Shown here: piece by piece, positions 7,722-11,685 of the stretch | Position numbering within the stretch: position 1 is the stretch's first letter | Layout: the number at the start of each line of letters is the position of its first letter | Origin: an uncultured Chloroflexia bacterium | GTDB taxonomy: Bacteria; Chloroflexota; Limnocylindria; Limnocylindrales; CSP1-4 | Reading direction: 5' to 3' | Assembly: GCA_963746845.1 (NCBI GenBank) | Contig: CAVVCZ010000003.1 | Coordinates: 1-11,685 of the forward strand | DNA: 11,685 nt | Made by a program: the position numbers and the translations under genes | The notes under the pieces: generated by a model | What the model was told of the DNA's origin: nothing | What the model saw: the letters and a program-made list of their open reading frames with translations, nothing else | Database searches by the model: none

Positions 7722-7749
7722 AGGATACCAGCAAGCTGGGTTCCTGCAA
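7722..7749 (-). promoter_or_regulatory. Sigma70-type promoter of the TA operon with operator palindrome; probably a leaderless transcript
   Basis: TTGCAG-N16-TATCCT with an extended -10 (TGn). ATG follows 7 nt after the -10. Inverted repeat CCAGC-AA-GCTGG (7728-7739) sits in the spacer. Confidence 0.65.
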
Positions 7750-7883
7750 GGACCCGTTGCGACGAATGTCGCATGCCGTTGTCGACGAACAGGCATGGTT
7801 GCGCGGAAGCGCAAGTGGTGTCCTTGCCGCGGGTCGAGCGTGAGAGGCACGTGGACCCACGACAGACGACAAGGAACCGTTCG

Positions 7884-8063
7884 ATGTCCCAGTCCCGATC
7901 CGCACGCCGCGGCCACATCGACCCGCTGATCGCCCTCGCGCTTGGCGGCCTCGCGATCGTGCTCTTCGTCAGCGCGATCGTCGTCACGCGCCCGCTCCCG
8001 ACGACCTCCGCCGTGACCGCCGGCCTGCCGACCGCCCAGGTCCTGGTCCGAACCCTCGACTGA
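7884..8063 (+). CDS. Small single-TM hypothetical protein (59 aa)
   Basis: RBS AAGGA at 7871-7875 and ATG 7884. Basic N-terminus followed by hydrophobic LIALALGGLAIVLFVSAIVV; GC-rich third positions; fills the intergenic gap. Confidence 0.7.
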   Translation: MSQSRSARRGHIDPLIALALGGLAIVLFVSAIVVTRPLPTTSAVTAGLPTAQVLVRTLD

Positions 8064-8084
8064 CCTCGGGCCTGGCCCTCGACC

Positions 8085-9422
8085 TCAGGACGCGGCCAGG
8101 AGCTGGTCCGCGAACCCTTCGAGCGACCTGGCCACCCTGGCCAACGGTTCCATGAGGGCGGGCGTGCACGCCTGGCCGCAGCGGACGGCGAACGCCGCCG
8201 CATCCCGCAGCCGCTCCTCCATCAGGATCCAGGCTGCCTCCCGGTGCGGCAACAGGTAGTCGACCGAGTAGAACAGCTCGAACCCCGGCCCGGCGGTCGC
8301 ACCCGGCATCTCCCAGCCGACCGGCTGGGTCGTCACGACGGAGCCGAGCGGCTTGACCGCCGCGTACATCAGCCCGACCGAGACATCCGCCAGGACCTTG
8401 AGCTGCTCGGGCGTCTCGTCCGTGTGGGCGAAGTAGCGCGAGAGGAGCTGGAGGAGGACCTCGTAGACGACGTTGAGGAGGTCCATCGTCCGCGTCGTGC
8501 CGGGGTCGGTGATGAGCGGCATCGGCACCCCGGTCGCCTGCGGGCGGACGTTCGCCGCCACGACCGGCCGGGCGGGCTCGAAGTCCGGGTCTGCGCGCTT
8601 CAGCGCGAGGTACTCATCGAGGACGGCAAGCAGTCGCCCGAAGTGGGCGTCGCGCCACTCGCCGAGCGCCCCCTCCCCCTGCTCGACGATCGTGTCGATC
8701 GCCTGCCGCGCGGTCGCCAGGTCCATGACCGCGACCAGCTCCTCCCATCGGAAGTGCTGCGCGGTCGCCTGCGCGTTCGTCGGACCGATGAACAGGCGCC
8801 CGGGACCGAGCCGGCCCTCGAGGTGTTCCAGGCCGGCACCGATCGACCGGTAGAGCTGGCCGATCGTGTCGAACTCCTGCAGGTGCGGGACGATCTCGTC
8901 CTCCTCGTCGTGCGGCAGCGCGACGGCCTGTGCGATCGCCGCGAACCCCTCGGCGTCCTCGACGTCCATGCCCTCCGGCCGTTCGAGGAACGCGAAGTGC
9001 CGGAGCGCCGCCTCGCCGAACGGCAGCAGCTCGATCCGGACGCCAGCCGGGTAGCTGTAGGCCGGCATCGGGAAGTTCGGACGGGCGAGACGCGGGGCGG
9101 CGCCGACGGCCGTCAGGAGGTTCTGGACGAGCGCCAGGTGGAGCATCTCCTGCTCGCCGATGCTCAGCAGCGTCTTGCGCCAGCCCTGGATCGCGGTCAG
9201 CTGGTCCGCGCTGACCCCCTCGCCGACCTTCTGCTTGAGCGAGAACGCCGCGAACAGGTACTGGAGCATGATCAGGTGCTCGAGCTCGGCGGCCTTGCCC
9301 AGGGTGTAGATGAGCGCTTCCCGGTGTTCGAGCCCGGACCCGTGCTCGCCGCTCTGGCCCCCGCGGACCGCGAGCACGTTGGCAAGGGGTCCGTGCGGGA
9401 CCGGCGAGGCGTTCTCGATCAT
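8085..9422 (-). CDS. Ferritin-like domain protein (VioB C-terminal / Ferritin-like PF12902-type)
   Basis: 445 aa; RBS GGAAGGA before the ATG. Signature segments LGKAAELEHLIMLQYLFAAFSLK, EQEMLHLALVQNLLTAVG, FAFLERPE, TIGQLY, IVEQGEG and AHFGRL. Confidence 0.85.
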   Translation of the reverse strand: MIENASPVPHGPLANVLAVRGGQSGEHGSGLEHREALIYTLGKAAELEHLIMLQYLFAAFSLKQKVGEGVSADQLTAIQGWRKTLLSIGEQEMLHLALVQNLLTAVGAAPRLARPNFPMPAYSYPAGVRIELLPFGEAALRHFAFLERPEGMDVEDAEGFAAIAQAVALPHDEEDEIVPHLQEFDTIGQLYRSIGAGLEHLEGRLGPGRLFIGPTNAQATAQHFRWEELVAVMDLATARQAIDTIVEQGEGALGEWRDAHFGRLLAVLDEYLALKRADPDFEPARPVVAANVRPQATGVPMPLITDPGTTRTMDLLNVVYEVLLQLLSRYFAHTDETPEQLKVLADVSVGLMYAAVKPLGSVVTTQPVGWEMPGATAGPGFELFYSVDYLLPHREAAWILMEERLRDAAAFAVRCGQACTPALMEPLARVARSLEGFADQLLAAS

Positions 9423-9644
9423 GCGCGGCGTCCTTCCGATGCGAGGGGCGATCGGAGCCTACGCCAAGTTTCGATCTCGAGTCCGGCGGCGCACAGGCGG
9501 TTGACCACGCGGCCCCGTCTGCCGCGGCGGCGACGTCCAGGCCGAGGTGATGGGCGAGCGCCCGCCGGACCGATCGGCGGAGCTCGGGATCGCCGATCGA
9601 CTGCGGCTGACCGTCGGCCTCGACCGAGGTCACCCGCTGACGGA

Positions 9645-9663
9645 GCCCGCCCGCCGAGCGGGC
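9645..9663 (-). terminator. Possible hairpin downstream of the MFS gene
   Basis: GCCCGC...GCGGGC inverted repeat about 10 nt after the MFS stop codon; short, with no U-tract. Confidence 0.3.
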
Positions 9664-9673
9664 ATTGCGAGTG

Positions 9674-11350
9674 CTATCCCGCCACGGCGCCGCTTCCCGT
9701 CACCGTCGCGGGCTCGTTCTCGCGCAACGTCGCCCCGCCCGCGAACGTGGTCCGCATCGGGACCTCGTGGAGGAAGAGGACGAGGATCGCCGCGACGACC
9801 GCGGCCACGATCCCGGCCCAGAACGTGGCCGCGATCGCGATCGAGATCGCCTGATGGATCCCGGCCACGATGTTCGGGATCAAGGGCTCGACGATCACCC
9901 GGAACTGCTCGGGGACACCGGCGAGAATGCGCGCGCCGAGGTCGCCAGTCCCGGTCAGATCGAGTTGACCACCACCGCCCTGGAACCCGTCGACCAACGG
10001 CTTCGGGACACCGGCCGTGACCAGCTGGGTCGGGATCTCGGTCACCAGCCGCTCGGCGAACAGCGTCGCGGCAACGGTCAGGCCGACGGTGCCGCCGATC
10101 TGCTGGAAGAAGGTCAGGCTGCTCGTGGCGACGCCGATCCGCTCGGCCGACACGGCGTTCTGGACGATCAGCGTGAACACGGCGAGCGACGGCCCGATCC
10201 CGATCCCGGCCAGGAGCATCCAGAGCCACAGCGTCGCGCGATCGGTCTCGACCCGGAGGTTGGTCATCAGGAACAGGCCCACCGCGAGCAGCACGAGCGA
10301 GCCGAACATCATCACCTTGTAGTGGCCGGTCCGGGACACGATCTGGCCGGCCGCGATCGCACTGAAGATCAACCCGGCGAGTAGCGGCAGGAGGTTGTAG
10401 CCCGACTCGGTCGCGCTCGATCCGGCAACGGTCTGGAACCAGCGCGGCAGGAAGATGACCGTGGTCAGGAAGCCGAACCCCACGAAGAACGTGGCCGCGA
10501 CCGAGATCGAGAACGTCGGCAGCCGGAACAGCCCGAGCGGCACGATCGGGTCCTTCGCCCGCGACTCCACCCACAGGAACACGGCGCCCATGGCGAGCCC
10601 GAGCAGCATCAGGCCGCCCACGGCCGGGTCGGTCCAGTCGTTGCCCTGCTTGTTCGACAGGCCGATGAGGAACGGCCCGACCGCCGCGGTGAACACGGCC
10701 GCGCCGAGATAGTCGATGTTCCGCCCGGCGTCCGGCTTCCGGATCGCGGGCAGGAGCCGCCACAGGATGAACAGCGAGATCAGCCCGATGGGGATGTTGA
10801 TGAAGAAGATCCAGTGCCAGCCCCAGGTGTCGGTGATGAACCCGCCGAGGCCCGGGCCGACGAGCGACGACAGTCCGAAGACCGCGCCGAACGCACCGAG
10901 GTACTTGCCGCGCTCGGCCGGCGTGTAGAGGTCGGCCACGACCGCGAACGCGATCGGGAAGATGGCGCCACCGCCCAGGCCCTGGAGCCCGCGGAACAGG
11001 ATGAACTGCTCCATGGTCTGGCTCAGCCCGGCCAGCGCCGAGCTGATCAGGAACAGGCTCACCGCAAAGATGACGATCGGGCGGCGGCCGTACAGGTCCG
11101 ACAGCTTGCCGTAGATCGGCCCGCTGATCGTCGAGGTCAGCAGGTAGACCGTGACCGACCAGGTGTAGAGCGAATTTCCGTTGAGATCCGTGACGATGAC
11201 CGGGAGCGCCGTCCCGACGACGGTCTGGTCCAGCGCGAACAGGAACATCGCGAGGAGCATCGCGCCGAGGATCTCGAGCTTGGCGCGCGGGGAGAGGTGC
11301 AGGGCGATCTCTTCCGGGGACTCGGCGGGTTGGGCAAGGCCAGCGTTCAC
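9674..11350 (-). CDS. MFS transporter, DHA2 (EmrB/QacA-like, 14 TMS) drug:H+ antiporter family
   Basis: Motifs LDQTVVGTALP, GKLSDLYGRR (motif A), RGLQGLGGG, GPGLGG..WHWIFFINIPIG and DYLG. Best start is GTG 11350 with SD AGGAG 6 nt upstream (558 aa); 11377 and 11398 are alternatives. Confidence 0.95.
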   Translation of the reverse strand: MNAGLAQPAESPEEIALHLSPRAKLEILGAMLLAMFLFALDQTVVGTALPVIVTDLNGNSLYTWSVTVYLLTSTISGPIYGKLSDLYGRRPIVIFAVSLFLISSALAGLSQTMEQFILFRGLQGLGGGAIFPIAFAVVADLYTPAERGKYLGAFGAVFGLSSLVGPGLGGFITDTWGWHWIFFINIPIGLISLFILWRLLPAIRKPDAGRNIDYLGAAVFTAAVGPFLIGLSNKQGNDWTDPAVGGLMLLGLAMGAVFLWVESRAKDPIVPLGLFRLPTFSISVAATFFVGFGFLTTVIFLPRWFQTVAGSSATESGYNLLPLLAGLIFSAIAAGQIVSRTGHYKVMMFGSLVLLAVGLFLMTNLRVETDRATLWLWMLLAGIGIGPSLAVFTLIVQNAVSAERIGVATSSLTFFQQIGGTVGLTVAATLFAERLVTEIPTQLVTAGVPKPLVDGFQGGGGQLDLTGTGDLGARILAGVPEQFRVIVEPLIPNIVAGIHQAISIAIAATFWAGIVAAVVAAILVLFLHEVPMRTTFAGGATLRENEPATVTGSGAVAG

Positions 11351-11388
11351 GGTGGGCTCCTGAGCGTGGGAGGGCATCGTCTCATCCC

Positions 11389-11419
11389 TGTTGGCCACAT
11401 GCCGTCATGAAACTCATCG
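11389..11419 (-). promoter_or_regulatory. Possible ECF (SigG/ECF56-like) promoter of the MFS gene
   Basis: The minus strand reads CGATGA-N18-GCCAACA. As I recall the mycobacterial SigG consensus (CGATGA-N18-GTCNNTA), the -35 and spacing match and the -10 matches only partly. Confidence 0.3.
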
Positions 11420-11599
11420 GCCGGAGCACGAAACCAGCCCCGCGACGCGAACGTGAGGGGTGGGACATGTTCCCGGAGGATTTGGGCCCCTGCCCCGCCG
11501 TCATCCGCGTCGAACGTCACGGCGACGGCAACGCCGGCACCAAGCGCCGCCCGAACCAGCCACCCCGCGACCGCCCTGCCGGAGGGCGACCTAGCACGA

Positions 11600-11685
11600 T
11601 CACGATGTCGGACGTGGCGCCATCGACGACTGAGGCGGCACCAGCGTCGAGCCGAGCGGGATGCCGTCGGCGAGGTAGATGCCCG
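11600..11685 (-). CDS. C-terminal fragment of a gene extending beyond the window (unknown product)
   Basis: The minus frame reads ...GIYLADGIPLGSTLVPPQSSMAPRPTS* with strongly GC-ending codons; TGA at 11600-11602. Confidence 0.55.
   Translation of the reverse strand, partial: GIYLADGIPLGSTLVPPQSSMAPRPTS

Noticed and set aside
8053-8083. CCCTCGAC 8-bp direct repeat between convergent stop codons
   Set aside because: Too short to be significant in GC-rich DNA.
7715-8203. Long 248-aa version of the antitoxin ORF
   Set aside because: It overlaps the ferritin-like gene and the small + gene; the RHH domain and promoter point to ATG 7714.
37-11350. Halogenated natural-product cluster (VHPO + VioB-like + MFS)
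   Set aside because: No scaffold-building enzymes are present. The genes are separated by unrelated cargo and the VHPO appears disrupted.
240-11410. Many long overlapping or antisense ORFs (e.g. 240-1220, 1030-2079, 5878-7023, 8244-9854, 9630-10763)
   Set aside because: Shadow ORFs typical of high-GC DNA: Arg/Gly/Pro-rich, without motifs, and overlapping well-supported genes.

Overview
High-GC (roughly 70% by eye) bacterial window; the protein style suggests Chloroflexota or Actinomycetota (inference only). From left to right: a 5'-disrupted vanadium-haloperoxidase/PAP2-family gene (+) ends at a strong hairpin. A run of minus-strand genes converges on that hairpin: a membrane-anchored GWP-repeat protein, a secreted Kelch-FN3-GH5-Ig-PxKF-like glycoside hydrolase (~1350 aa), and a RelE toxin/ribbon-helix-helix antitoxin pair. 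Then come a small membrane protein (+), a VioB-type ferritin-like protein (-), a 14-TMS DHA2 MFS transporter (-) and the 3' tip of another gene (-). The most notable non-coding signal is a 33-bp imperfect direct repeat (1006-1038 and 2714-2746, 29/33 identical). It copies part of the hairpin and brackets the GWP-repeat gene plus its putative promoter, which suggests cassette-like gene insertion at the hairpin. No integrase, complete transposase, CRISPR array, tRNA or rRNA is visible in the window.
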